Assembly: GCA_016290135.1 (NCBI GenBank)
Contig: JAEESW010000006.1
Coordinates: 27,670 to 91,669, forward strand
DNA from: a bacterium
GTDB taxonomy: Bacteria; UBP6; UBA1177
Direction: 5' to 3'
DNA: 64,000 bases
A model generated the notes under the pieces. It worked only from the letters and a program-made list of their open reading frames with translations, searched no databases and was not told the origin of the DNA. The position numbers and the translations under genes are program-made. Shown here in pieces: positions 43,201 through 52,089 of this stretch (position 1 is the first letter of the stretch; each line of letters begins with the position of its first letter).

Positions 43201-43340
43201 CATGCGCTTCGGATGACGACGGAGGCTGCGCTGTAACAGAGCTTCCTGAGACCACCGGCGGCGTTTTCCATCTCCTTCTCGCAGCTCTTGCGGCAATATT
43301 TGCACTCGCGGCGGCAAAAGGTCTTTCCTTCAAGAAGTAA
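40239..43340 (+). CDS. large secreted surface protein (paralog 2) with a DUF11-like domain and a C-terminal LPETTG-type sorting-signal-like tail
   Basis: Signal peptide MKKFLILFSLLFPIFLFAAIG. It contains YYTIKIQNWGDDSATGVTLQDTLPAQVDYVPGTTEIA. The C-terminus reads DDDGGCAVTELPETTGGVFHLLLAALAAIFALAAAKGLSFKK. AGGAGG lies upstream of the start. Confidence 0.8.
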   Translation: MKKFLILFSLLFPIFLFAAIGQNGISIAPDGTLLKWDEGAWDFFIMHKSSLERSPENKAAAVDANGNEIAGNPQADTLVDQTIGTTYRLTSKHIPPDADVSRAFLIWLADQDPNDINGNTDNSVTLTFTNAADPSLTLQMDVTASTQGNLAKDSKGMFEYEAIRDSVATQLKQDPYCPGETASYTGYYTYRVEVSEFMKKIIQMGEERGMQSGEALYGDYNVKGITSSDHCFYMKQSSMVGGWALPFVYTSANIRAKKIYFYHGLEAYQHQEALITVSGFELPAEAVIRLGLVVFEGDPGMARANGNGIGLQVKHEGLAISGFADPANYSILFNNCNPLKDKDQAGNNFQYTEIYNSISSIFGWSDNEETCIGNPDNPLDPSNPIEYAIDADTFIVDSRFPPFDTMFNKGDPQLGLKIGANQDQIYTNFLIVSVDTRPPQFDIPENRFTPNGREKDYCSCAKDPDSFCADRPFYYTIKIQNWGDDSATGVTLQDTLPAQVDYVPGTTEIATKINDQGLGTDWETVPDVDGRFPFETPRVVADVLEHCRQSDSVCDQSAWVRFVVRPKANLSKNEVIKNMAAITSTETAGGAFNTNSNIPLRLKIGNCPAITECELPSKMECGGIKIEGNENYCTEDKDCGNGKKCVNNECKDDVASDLTNGTEVTFGEGTNSPTNDSTILIPSPSEGIILGQFYLFAEGNKDKSYNFNELMIKFKAETDIQAKNFRLYKDVNGDGKVDGGDIEIAVTEDVKNSYVNLAVSDPANRLTASGIKNHFIVTADAKTTSDSKSGKFSMIIEGGESFKLSDAAKIDAKGQKIEFVEYRFEPNEGFIITKGDVDPKVPSYKDFNGEHEMLQVRTKSKGTDDAVSSMTLKVPRNFVEFGKGIRSVSLILDKDGNGLHSAGDEVLAEVNDFSNPTTLVIDGLKDVLKYEKDEEKFLLFKVEFKMSVGETAKIQVSSVKVKSGNPVVEVPVSSKEFTYECDKDDPNSCASDDDGGCAVTELPETTGGVFHLLLAALAAIFALAAAKGLSFKK

Positions 43341-43341
43341 C

Positions 43342-44295
43342 ATGAAGATTTTCACGTCCCTGGACTCCGTTCCGAAAGAAAAAATATCACTTGCGATAGG
43401 AAATTTCGACGGAGTCCATCTCGGGCACGCTGAAATCATAAGACAATGCCGCTCAGACACTTCATGCCGGTCGGCAATACTTACTTTTGACATCCATCCG
43501 AGAAAATTCCTCTACCCCGAATTTGCGCCGAGATCCCTCACGCTCCCGTTTGAAAAATACGCGTTCTTCAGGACCCTGGGCATCGATTTCGTGATCGAGC
43601 TCCCTTTTGCGGAATACTGCCAGATGGATCCGCTGAGATTTCTCGACACTTTGAAACAGAAACTCGATCTGAAAAATATAACCATCGGATTCAACTTTTT
43701 CTTCGGCAAAAACCAGAAAGGAAATTCGGAACTCGCCTTCTGGTGGGGACGCTCGGCGGGAGTAAAGATCAACGTAGTGCAACCGTTTCTCAAAAACGGA
43801 ACACGGATCAGTTCGACAGCGATCCGTGAACTCATCCTCACCGGGCACATGAAAAACGCGGCATCACTTTTAGTCTATCCGTTCATAATCAGCGGAGAAG
43901 TGAAACGCGGCAAGCAGATCGGAAGGACACTGCGCTTCCCTACTCTCAACCTTGAAACTCCGGACAAAATAATGCCGCCGGACGGTGTCTATGTGACGCA
44001 GACTGTATTTGACGGCAGGCAGTTCACATCCCTCACGAACATCGGGACGAACCCGACGATCGACGCCGAATCTAAGCTGAAGATCATCGAGACATGGGTC
44101 GATTCAGAAGACATCGGTGAACTTTACGGTAAAAAAATATCGGTCTACTTCCTCAAGAAGATCAGAGACGAGATCAGATTTTCATCAAAAGAAAAACTTG
44201 TTGAAACGATACAGCGCGACAAAGAATTCTGCCGCAACTTCACAGAATCGAACGATATCGGACAATTACCGGATATTTTTAAAAATCAGGAGTGA
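43342..44295 (+). CDS. ribF: bifunctional riboflavin kinase / FMN adenylyltransferase
   Basis: The protein starts MKIFTSLDSVPKEKISLAIGNFDGVHLGHAEI, which is the FAD synthetase N-terminus. ...GEVKRGKQIGRTLRFPTLNL... is the riboflavin kinase C-terminus. The ATG lies 1 nt after the upstream gene's stop. The track ORF has a longer N-terminal extension that is probably not translated. Confidence 0.85.
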   Translation: MKIFTSLDSVPKEKISLAIGNFDGVHLGHAEIIRQCRSDTSCRSAILTFDIHPRKFLYPEFAPRSLTLPFEKYAFFRTLGIDFVIELPFAEYCQMDPLRFLDTLKQKLDLKNITIGFNFFFGKNQKGNSELAFWWGRSAGVKINVVQPFLKNGTRISSTAIRELILTGHMKNAASLLVYPFIISGEVKRGKQIGRTLRFPTLNLETPDKIMPPDGVYVTQTVFDGRQFTSLTNIGTNPTIDAESKLKIIETWVDSEDIGELYGKKISVYFLKKIRDEIRFSSKEKLVETIQRDKEFCRNFTESNDIGQLPDIFKNQE

Positions 44296-44298
44296 GAT

Positions 44299-45081
44299 CT
44301 ATTCACAAGCCGGATAAGGAAGATATGCAGCTCCGGCCGCAGGATCGAGCAGATCTCCGTTTGCCGTCATAGAAAGGCTGCTGCCGTCGTTTGCAGTAAT
44401 TTCATAGGTTCCTGCATTGGTCACTGTGCGGACACAGTTGATTTCAAACTTACCGCCCATGATATTGACAGTCATGTCGCCGAAGAAAGCATACATGTTC
44501 GCGCCCGCCATATTTCCGGAACCGGCCACTGTATTCTGCGGAACACTGATCCCGAAGACCTGTTTTTGCGCATCACCGGAAATATCGCCGGCACCGAAAC
44601 CGTCAAGCCATACAATGATGATATTTCCGCTGTTGACCATCGCGAGCGGGAAAAGCGTCCCGACCATCGGAAGAGTTATCTCGTTGAATGTATTCGGCAT
44701 TCCGTTGTATGTGAAATCAACTTTTCCGTTGCCGCCGCGGCTCTGCATGCTTACACTTGCGTTGACCTGTCCTGTATAGCTGAGATCGAATGTGCCGATC
44801 ACATCGAATCCGGGATTTACAGGATCGTTGTTCTCATCAGGCTCTTCAACCGTTTCGGGTCCGTCATCAGAGACCGGTTGCTCATCAATGTCATCCTGTT
44901 CTTCAACAGGCTCCATATTTTCTTCGTCACCTTGAGTTTCGCCGTCTTCAACGACAGTGTTTCCACCGTCGTCGTCCGAAATTTCATCATCTTCCGGAGA
45001 GACCATCTTGGGATCCGATTCCCCGCATCCTATGAAGAGAAATGCAAGAAAAAGAACAAAAACGAGAGAAATTTTTTTCAT
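44299..45081 (-). CDS. lipoprotein with an acidic Asp/Glu-rich N-terminal region
   Basis: LFIGCGE is a lipobox. An ~80-aa D/E-rich segment is followed by a ~150-aa C-terminal domain. Confidence 0.6.
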   Translation of the reverse strand: MKKISLVFVLFLAFLFIGCGESDPKMVSPEDDEISDDDGGNTVVEDGETQGDEENMEPVEEQDDIDEQPVSDDGPETVEEPDENNDPVNPGFDVIGTFDLSYTGQVNASVSMQSRGGNGKVDFTYNGMPNTFNEITLPMVGTLFPLAMVNSGNIIIVWLDGFGAGDISGDAQKQVFGISVPQNTVAGSGNMAGANMYAFFGDMTVNIMGGKFEINCVRTVTNAGTYEITANDGSSLSMTANGDLLDPAAGAAYLPYPACE

Positions 45082-45141
45082 AACAAACCTCCTAAAATAA
45101 AAAAACTGAAAAATAATAACCTTCGGTATTTTTAAATCAAT

Positions 45142-45969
45142 TTAAAACAGAGACCTGTTGTCTCCGGTGTTCGCGCCGACAATGATGAAAATATGGTTGA
45201 GTTTTCCCTTTTTGAACAGAGGGATCGCCTCGCCTTTCATGAAAAGGATGTTGCTTTCATCCTCTTTAAGGTTGCCGATTATCGCTATCGGAATATACGG
45301 GATCGTGTAGTTTTCACTGAGATTTGCACTCAGCATCTTTTTGCCGTCGGCTTCAGGCGAGTTGCAGAGTTTGTCGAGAAAAAGGACTGAGAGCGACTGC
45401 CCGTTTCCCCGCAGGATGGCGGTGCACTCTTCCCTGTTTTCAAGAACTGCCGGGATCGTGAATTCCTTTGAAGTTATAAGCTCGACTTCAGCCCTCGCAC
45501 CGTGAAAAGATGTGACAAGTCCGACGAGCCCCATACTCGAGACGACTGTCGATTTTTCCGCCATGAGTTTTGCGTACTGCTCCTCAAAACTTATCGATAT
45601 CCTGTTGGGGTTGAGTTCGGAATAATTGAGGATCTTCGCCGGAATGATCGTGTATTTTCCGTAACTGTCCTTCAGTTTCAGCAGTTTGGAAAGCTCTTCA
45701 TTCTCTTTTCTGATAGCATCGTTCATCAAAAGTCTGACTTTAAGCTCGGAAACTTCCTGCTCAAGGATCTTATTCTGCTTCCCGACATTCTTAAGATCCA
45801 CGATTATCTTCAGAGTCTCCCTGAGATCCTGCACCTGACCGTGGATGATCATTTGAATGTCATCGATGAAATAGAAACGCGAGTTATACTCGAGAAAAAA
45901 CTGCGGAACGATCAGGACAAGAATGAAAGATGCAATGAAAATATATCGGACGACTTTTTTTCTGTTCAA
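45142..45969 (-). CDS. mreC: rod shape-determining protein MreC
   Basis: It has an N-terminal TM segment and a coiled-coil (ILEQEVSELKVRLLMNDAIRKENEELSKL) followed by a beta-rich domain. It sits 2 nt downstream of mreB. Confidence 0.7.
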   Translation of the reverse strand: MNRKKVVRYIFIASFILVLIVPQFFLEYNSRFYFIDDIQMIIHGQVQDLRETLKIIVDLKNVGKQNKILEQEVSELKVRLLMNDAIRKENEELSKLLKLKDSYGKYTIIPAKILNYSELNPNRISISFEEQYAKLMAEKSTVVSSMGLVGLVTSFHGARAEVELITSKEFTIPAVLENREECTAILRGNGQSLSVLFLDKLCNSPEADGKKMLSANLSENYTIPYIPIAIIGNLKEDESNILFMKGEAIPLFKKGKLNHIFIIVGANTGDNRSLF

Positions 45970-45971
45970 TG

Positions 45972-47012
45972 TCAGTACAAGGATACGGTTTTCAAAAGTG
46001 AAATATTTTCAAGTATTTTTCCCGTTCCCATAACAACTGATTTAAGCGGATCCTCAGCGATTATGACGGGGAGATTCGTCTCTTCACGGATAAGAATGTC
46101 GAGGTTTTTGAGAAGCGCGCCGCCGCCGGCAAGAACGATGCCTTTGTCAACGATATCGGCTGCAAGTTCCGGAGGCGTGTTCTCGAGAACGACTTTTATC
46201 GCCGAAACGATCGCTTTGACGACCTCCGAAAGGCTCTCTCTGATCTCGTCGCTGTGGATCTCTATCGTTTTAGGAACTCCTGCGACAAGGTCAAGTCCTT
46301 TGACTTCCATAAATTCTCTGGAGTCGTCGGGATAAGCATTTCCGATAGTCCACTTTATCTGTTCGGCCATCCTTTCGCCTATCGCAAGATTATATTTTTT
46401 CTTGATGTAGTCGATGATGCTCTCATCCATTTTGTCGCCGGCCGACTTTACCGATCTCGAATAGACGATCCCGGCAAGAGAAATTACAGCGACCTCTGTC
46501 GTTCCGCCGCCGATATCGACGATCATGTTTCCCGTAGGTTCAGTGACAGGCATGTTCGCGCCTACCGCAGCAGCCATCGGCTGTTCGACAAGAAAAACCT
46601 CTCTCGCTCCTGCTCCCAAAGCGGCTTCGCGGACCGTCCTTTTTTCAACTTCAGTAATTCCGTAGGGAACGCCTATCGCGATCCTCGGTTTTATGAAACT
46701 TCCGCGTTTGTATGCATGCTTTATGAAGTAACGGAGCATCTGGCTCGCGACTTCGAAATCAGCGATGACACCGTCCTTCAAAGGCCTGATAACACTGATG
46801 TTTACCGGCGCCTTGCCTATCATTTCCTTAGCCTCACGCCCGACCGCGCGGACTGATTTCGCGCCTCTCGAATCCTTTTCCTGAACAGCCACGACACTCG
46901 GCTCGTTCCCGACGATACCTTCGCCTTTGACATATATCAAAGTGTTCGCCGTTCCTAAATCTATCGCTATATCGCTTGTAAAAACTGATAAAACATTATC
47001 CAACTGCAACAT
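45972..47012 (-). CDS. mreB: rod shape-determining actin homologue MreB
   Basis: The ORF is 346 aa. It contains DIAIDLGTANTLIYVKGEGIVGNEPSVVAV...GGGTTEVAVISLAGIV...VLAGGGALLKNLD. Confidence 0.9.
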   Translation of the reverse strand: MLQLDNVLSVFTSDIAIDLGTANTLIYVKGEGIVGNEPSVVAVQEKDSRGAKSVRAVGREAKEMIGKAPVNISVIRPLKDGVIADFEVASQMLRYFIKHAYKRGSFIKPRIAIGVPYGITEVEKRTVREAALGAGAREVFLVEQPMAAAVGANMPVTEPTGNMIVDIGGGTTEVAVISLAGIVYSRSVKSAGDKMDESIIDYIKKKYNLAIGERMAEQIKWTIGNAYPDDSREFMEVKGLDLVAGVPKTIEIHSDEIRESLSEVVKAIVSAIKVVLENTPPELAADIVDKGIVLAGGGALLKNLDILIREETNLPVIIAEDPLKSVVMGTGKILENISLLKTVSLY

Positions 47013-47228
47013 TTTTCCTTCCTTTCACCCAATAAAACCAAAAACGCGAAAGTATAGTCGCAGATTTTTCAAAGTAAAGAAGTTTCAGAGTTAGTCAGCT
47101 AAAATCCAAGGTTTTTTTGGATCGACTCCTCTCCTATGTCAGAAAATGTGCCGCCTGCGGCAGCGGAGCGTGCTGTTTTTGCCAGCAACGACAAAACTTC
47201 CGTGGATGTCGCAAGCGTGGAATTATTT

Positions 47229-50200
47229 TCACTTAACTTTCAGATAAAGATTATCGTAGCCCAGCACCGATTTGTACTGCGCAAGTCTCGACAGATCTAT
47301 ATTGCCCTGTTTTTCAAGAATGATATTGTCTCCGCTCCCGCCGAAATTTATTTTCAGCTGCATTGTCATTTTGAATGCTGTCGGCTCAGAGGAAAAGATC
47401 TTCTTCAGCTCTTCTCTGTTTTTCCGGAACTCCTCTTCGCTGCACTCGTAGACCAGCACCGGTTCAAAACTGCCGTCATCCCTTTTGGAGTAAAGCATGA
47501 ACTGATCGATGGTCTTCACATCCTCTTTGATGTCGTTTATCGAAAAAACGACTTTTTCAAGCGTTTTTTCTTCATCGTCGCCTGTCATGACAGCCCTGCC
47601 TCTGACTCTGAAAATAAGCGGGACTTTCGACGCAAGTTTCGCGACATCGGGATTCCCGAGAGGATTTCCTATCTTGTTTATCGAAAATTCGACCGAACTT
47701 TCTTCGCTTTCAAGAATACCTTTGAGATAGTAGTCCTTTCCGTCACGGCTTTTCACAGGCTTGATATCCGTTGTGATTATACCGGGGACCCAACTGTCGT
47801 TCCTTTGCCCGTAAAAGCGTTTTCCCGACTCCACCTCCTCAACTACACTGTCGATGGAACTCAGTCCCAGATTCTGGAAATCCTTTCTGAAAAAACGCGC
47901 CGGATGGTTCGAAAGATAGATCCCGAGCACTTCCCGTTCAAGAGCGAGCGAATCAAAAATATCCAAGGTCTCGTTTGTATCGATCTGCTTCAAAAGTTCC
48001 TCGTCACTCATCCCTGAACTGTCGGACTCAGCGGTATCAAGCGCCGCAAAAAGGCTGAGCTGCCCGGAATCTTTGTCTTCAGCCGCCTTTTCTCCCTCTT
48101 TCAGCGCATTAGGAAGCATCGCCAGAAGAAGCCCGCGGTTGATCCCGGTAAAATCAAAAGCTCCCGCTTTTATCAGAAATTCCATCGCCCTTGAATTTAC
48201 TTTCGATTGAGACATCCTGCTTGTAAAATCGATCAGTGATTTGAAGTCTCCGTTTTTTTCACGCTCCTTTATTATCTCATCGACTGCCGCTTCGCCGACA
48301 TTTTTGACAGCTCCGAAACCGTATCTTATCGCGTTTTCCTCGATACTGAAATTGTTGAAACTCTTGTTTATGTCGGGAAGATAGACCTTGATCCCATGCT
48401 CGCGCGCATCGCTGATATACATGAAGACCTTGGTAGCATCTCCGGCTTCGGAAGTAATGAGCGCTGTCAGGAACTCTGTCGGATAGTGCGTCTTCAGATA
48501 AGCCGTCTGATACGAAATATAGCCGTAACATGCAGCATGAGACTTGTTGAAACCGTAACTTGCAAACTTCTCCATGTGGTCGAAGATCAGCTGCGCAGTC
48601 TCTTCCGGAATCCCGTTGTCCTTGGCTCCCGCGATGAATTTGACCTTTGCCTCAGCCATCTTCGCGGCGATCTTTTTACCCATCGCCTTTCTGAGACCGT
48701 CGGCCTGCCCCATCGAAAAACCGGCAAGTTTACGGGAGATCTGCATGACCTGCTCCTGATAGACCATGAGCCCGTAAGTCTCGCTTAAGATCTCGCTCAT
48801 CCACGGATGTTCGTATTCGATCGGCTCCTTGCCGTGTTTTCTGCGGATGTAGTTCGGAATGATGTCCATAGGTCCGGGACGGTAAAGAGCGACCGCGGCG
48901 ATCAGATCTTCGATGCGGTCGGGCTTCATCTGGTGGATCATCTTTTCAAAACCGCCGCTTTCCATCTGGAATATCCCTTTCGTACTGTTCTCGCAGATGT
49001 ATTTATAAGTCGCCGCATCGTCCAGCGGGATCTTTGAGATGTCGAAACCGGGAACTTTGTTCCTTATGAGCATTACGGCGTGATTTATCATCGTGAGCGT
49101 TTTGAGCCCGAGGAAGTCGAATTTGACCAGACCGACGAGCTCGACATTCGTTTTTTCATACTGCGTGACACGGTAGTTGTCCTTATCGACGAATATCGGT
49201 GAATACTCATAGATCGGCTTCTGACCGATGACAAGGCCGCACGCATGTTTGCCGGGCTGGCGCAGAAGGCCTTCTATCTGCGTGGCGATCCTGATTATCC
49301 TCGAGAAGTCTTCGTTGTCGCGGACAACCTGCCTTTCGTTGGCAAAAGCATCGATCGCGGCGGTGAGTGATTTTATCCCGTCGGCATCTTCAGGAGCTGC
49401 CCTGAGATTTTCCAGAGCCTTTCTGAGCTTGTCGGGATCGGCTGCCGTATCGCTCGGAACATTGTATTTTTCAATAAGTTTCTTCGTAATATCCTTAGTA
49501 TTTTTGAGATACTGCGGCGAATACATGTCGGCAAAGTTCTCAGGCACGAGTTTTGCCAGCTTTTCGGCTGTGGAGAGCGGTATATCAAGCGCTCGGGCAA
49601 CATCCTTTATCGCCGACTTCGCCTTGAGCTGACCGAAAGTGGCGATCTGCGCAACATTGGGTTTTCCGTATTTTTCCTCGACATATTCGATAACCCGCTC
49701 GCGGTTGTCCTGACAGAAATCGACATCGAAATCGGGCATCGAAATTCGCTCAGGATTGAGGAATCTTTCAAAAAGGAGCTCGTAACGCAAAGGATCGAGA
49801 TCGGTGATCCTCGTGCAGTACGCCACAAGCGAACCTGCGCCGCTGCCGCGCCCCGGACCGACCGGGATCCCGTGGTTTTTAGCCCAGCGGATAAAGTCCG
49901 AAACTATGAGGAAATATCCCGGGAAATCCATTTTGATAATGACGCTGAGCTCGTATTCAAGCCTCTGGCGGTAAGCCGGCTTCTTCTCTTCCGGCGTGCC
50001 GAGTTCAAGGAATCTCTCTTCTAGCCCTTTTTCAGCCATATCGCGGAGAAACTCAGCCGGAGTCTTGTCGCCCGTGTCGAAGATCGGCAGATAGTTGTGG
50101 CCGAGATCAAGCGTCACATTGCACCGTTCTGCGATTTTTACCGTATTTTCTATCGCTTCCGTTCCAGCTTCGCCGTAGACGCTGAAAAGAGAACGCATCT

Positions 50201-50972
50201 CCTCTTCGCTTTTGAGATAAAAAGCGGCGACTTCGTGGTGCATCCTGTCGGTATCCGTCACTTTTTTCTTCTCGTTTATGCAGAAAAGGATGTCCTGCGC
50301 CTCGGCGTTTTCCGGGCTTAAATAGTGGACGTCGTTCGTTGCGACAAGCCCGACTCCGAGTTCCCGCGCAAGTTTTATAAGTTTGGGATTGACCTCTTCC
50401 TGCTCTTTTATTCCGTTTACCTGAAGTTCGATAAAAAAGTTGTCTTTCCCGAAAAGTTCAATGTATTCAAGGGCTATCCTCTTTGCGTCATCGTCCTTTC
50501 CGTCTACAAGCGCTCTCGGTATCTCGCCGCCGAGACAGGCACTCGTCGCGATTATCCCTTCAGCGTGTTCCTTTATCAAAGCCCTGTCGATACGCGGTTT
50601 ATAGTAAAAACCGTCGACAAAAGCGACAGAAGCCATGTAGCACAGATTTTTGTATCCGGTCTCGTTTTCGGCAAGCAGAAGCAGGTGAAAAGCGTCCTTT
50701 GCCACCTTTTCCGTTCTGTCATGTGCCGAAATATAGGCCTCCATGCCGATCACCGGCTTTATCGCCGCGTTTTCGATCTTGTTGTAATTTCCTTTTTCGT
50801 CTTTTCCGATCATCGTCGTATAGAAATCGACGACACCGTGCATGTTTCCGTGGTCAGTGATCGCGACTGCGTTCATACCGAGTTTGTTAAGCTTTTTTGC
50901 CAGCTCGGCCGGCTTCACAAGACCGTCGAGAAACGAATAGATCGTGTGTAAATGCAGGTGGACAAATGCCAT
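47229..50972 (-). CDS. dnaE: DNA polymerase III alpha subunit
   Basis: The ORF is 1247 aa. MAFVHLHLHTIYSFLDGLVKPAEL...ITDHGNMHG is the PHP domain. It also contains ...PDFDVDF...GLLKFDFLGLKTLT. Confidence 0.9.
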   Translation of the reverse strand: MAFVHLHLHTIYSFLDGLVKPAELAKKLNKLGMNAVAITDHGNMHGVVDFYTTMIGKDEKGNYNKIENAAIKPVIGMEAYISAHDRTEKVAKDAFHLLLLAENETGYKNLCYMASVAFVDGFYYKPRIDRALIKEHAEGIIATSACLGGEIPRALVDGKDDDAKRIALEYIELFGKDNFFIELQVNGIKEQEEVNPKLIKLARELGVGLVATNDVHYLSPENAEAQDILFCINEKKKVTDTDRMHHEVAAFYLKSEEEMRSLFSVYGEAGTEAIENTVKIAERCNVTLDLGHNYLPIFDTGDKTPAEFLRDMAEKGLEERFLELGTPEEKKPAYRQRLEYELSVIIKMDFPGYFLIVSDFIRWAKNHGIPVGPGRGSGAGSLVAYCTRITDLDPLRYELLFERFLNPERISMPDFDVDFCQDNRERVIEYVEEKYGKPNVAQIATFGQLKAKSAIKDVARALDIPLSTAEKLAKLVPENFADMYSPQYLKNTKDITKKLIEKYNVPSDTAADPDKLRKALENLRAAPEDADGIKSLTAAIDAFANERQVVRDNEDFSRIIRIATQIEGLLRQPGKHACGLVIGQKPIYEYSPIFVDKDNYRVTQYEKTNVELVGLVKFDFLGLKTLTMINHAVMLIRNKVPGFDISKIPLDDAATYKYICENSTKGIFQMESGGFEKMIHQMKPDRIEDLIAAVALYRPGPMDIIPNYIRRKHGKEPIEYEHPWMSEILSETYGLMVYQEQVMQISRKLAGFSMGQADGLRKAMGKKIAAKMAEAKVKFIAGAKDNGIPEETAQLIFDHMEKFASYGFNKSHAACYGYISYQTAYLKTHYPTEFLTALITSEAGDATKVFMYISDAREHGIKVYLPDINKSFNNFSIEENAIRYGFGAVKNVGEAAVDEIIKEREKNGDFKSLIDFTSRMSQSKVNSRAMEFLIKAGAFDFTGINRGLLLAMLPNALKEGEKAAEDKDSGQLSLFAALDTAESDSSGMSDEELLKQIDTNETLDIFDSLALEREVLGIYLSNHPARFFRKDFQNLGLSSIDSVVEEVESGKRFYGQRNDSWVPGIITTDIKPVKSRDGKDYYLKGILESEESSVEFSINKIGNPLGNPDVAKLASKVPLIFRVRGRAVMTGDDEEKTLEKVVFSINDIKEDVKTIDQFMLYSKRDDGSFEPVLVYECSEEEFRKNREELKKIFSSEPTAFKMTMQLKINFGGSGDNIILEKQGNIDLSRLAQYKSVLGYDNLYLKVK

Positions 50973-50979
50973 TTTTCAC

Positions 50980-52089
50980 CTATTGTCTATTGATTTTATC
51001 ATATATTTCCATCATTTGAGTTACATTTTCATTCCAGTCATAGAGCTTGAGGACGCGCTCTCTTCCTGCTGATCCCATTCTTTCACGCAGATCAGCGTCG
51101 AGTACGAGTTTTTCCAGCTTTTCAGCAGCCGCTGCGGCATTTTTCTTTTCAACGGCAAAGCCCGTTTTTCCGTCTTCTACGACTTCAGGAAGCCCTCCGA
51201 CATTCGAAACGACAACAGGTTTTCCGCAACCTTCGGCTTCGACAATCGCAACACCGAAACTTTCGCTGTCAAGAATAGAAAGCGCGGCATAGACATCGAT
51301 AACCTTGTGAAAATACGGAACTTTTGAATAGTCGGCCATTCCTGCGAAATAAACTTTGTCTTTTATTTCAAGCTTTTCAGCCAAAATCTCAAGGTTTTTC
51401 CTCTCGCTGCCATCCCCGACAATGAGAAGTTTGAGCGGAAGTCCGAGATGCTTTTTAGCAACCGTTGAAAAAGCCTCGATCAGATAGTTTATCCCGTATT
51501 TTGTCTCAATCAGTTTTATTGTTCCGACAACGATATCGCTTTCGGAAAACGGCGTTGAAGCAGTTCTGTCAGCTTTTTCGGGCTTGAACCGATCAATATC
51601 AATGCCGAAAGGAGTGACCTCGATCTCTTTATCGGTGTATTTTTTCGTTTCGGCAGCCATAACATTGCTTGTGGAAAGGATTTTATCGGCCTTTTTCAGA
51701 TTGTATTCGAGAATTTTTCTGTGAAGGGAACTCTTTTTCGGAAAATCGAAAACATCGCTCCCCCAGACCGAAAGAACAAACGGATGAAAACCGCTCAAAG
51801 CCCCGAGCAGACCGTAACTTGTGGCAAAATGAGCATGCATAATGTCAGGTTTGAACTCTCGAATAACTTTTTTGAGTTCCGGCAGCACTTTCAGATAGTT
51901 GAGTTTGCTTAAACCTCCAACCCTTTTCTGAAGATCAAAGTCGGTGAAAGTGAAATTATGATCAGGATAATCGGTCTTATTTACAGGTTTTAAACTGAAA
52001 AGATGAATCTCAACCCCTCTTTCGGCAATGGAATTGACCCACCTTTTCGTATGGATAGACGAAGCATCCGAAAGGAAAAGTATCTTCAT
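50980..52089 (-). CDS. GT4-family (GT-B fold) glycosyltransferase
   Basis: The likely start is MKILFLSDASSIHTKRW. The C-terminus has SILDSESFGVAIVEAEGCGKPVVVSNVGGLPEVVEDGKTGF, which is the EX7E-type GT4 motif. Its ATGA overlaps the upstream gene's stop. Confidence 0.8.
   Translation of the reverse strand: MKILFLSDASSIHTKRWVNSIAERGVEIHLFSLKPVNKTDYPDHNFTFTDFDLQKRVGGLSKLNYLKVLPELKKVIREFKPDIMHAHFATSYGLLGALSGFHPFVLSVWGSDVFDFPKKSSLHRKILEYNLKKADKILSTSNVMAAETKKYTDKEIEVTPFGIDIDRFKPEKADRTASTPFSESDIVVGTIKLIETKYGINYLIEAFSTVAKKHLGLPLKLLIVGDGSERKNLEILAEKLEIKDKVYFAGMADYSKVPYFHKVIDVYAALSILDSESFGVAIVEAEGCGKPVVVSNVGGLPEVVEDGKTGFAVEKKNAAAAAEKLEKLVLDADLRERMGSAGRERVLKLYDWNENVTQMMEIYDKINRQ

Noticed and set aside
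45502-48017. Plus-strand ORFs 45502..46335, 46254..46856 and 47136..48017
   Set aside because: They are antisense shadows of mreC, mreB and dnaE. They have no conserved motifs.
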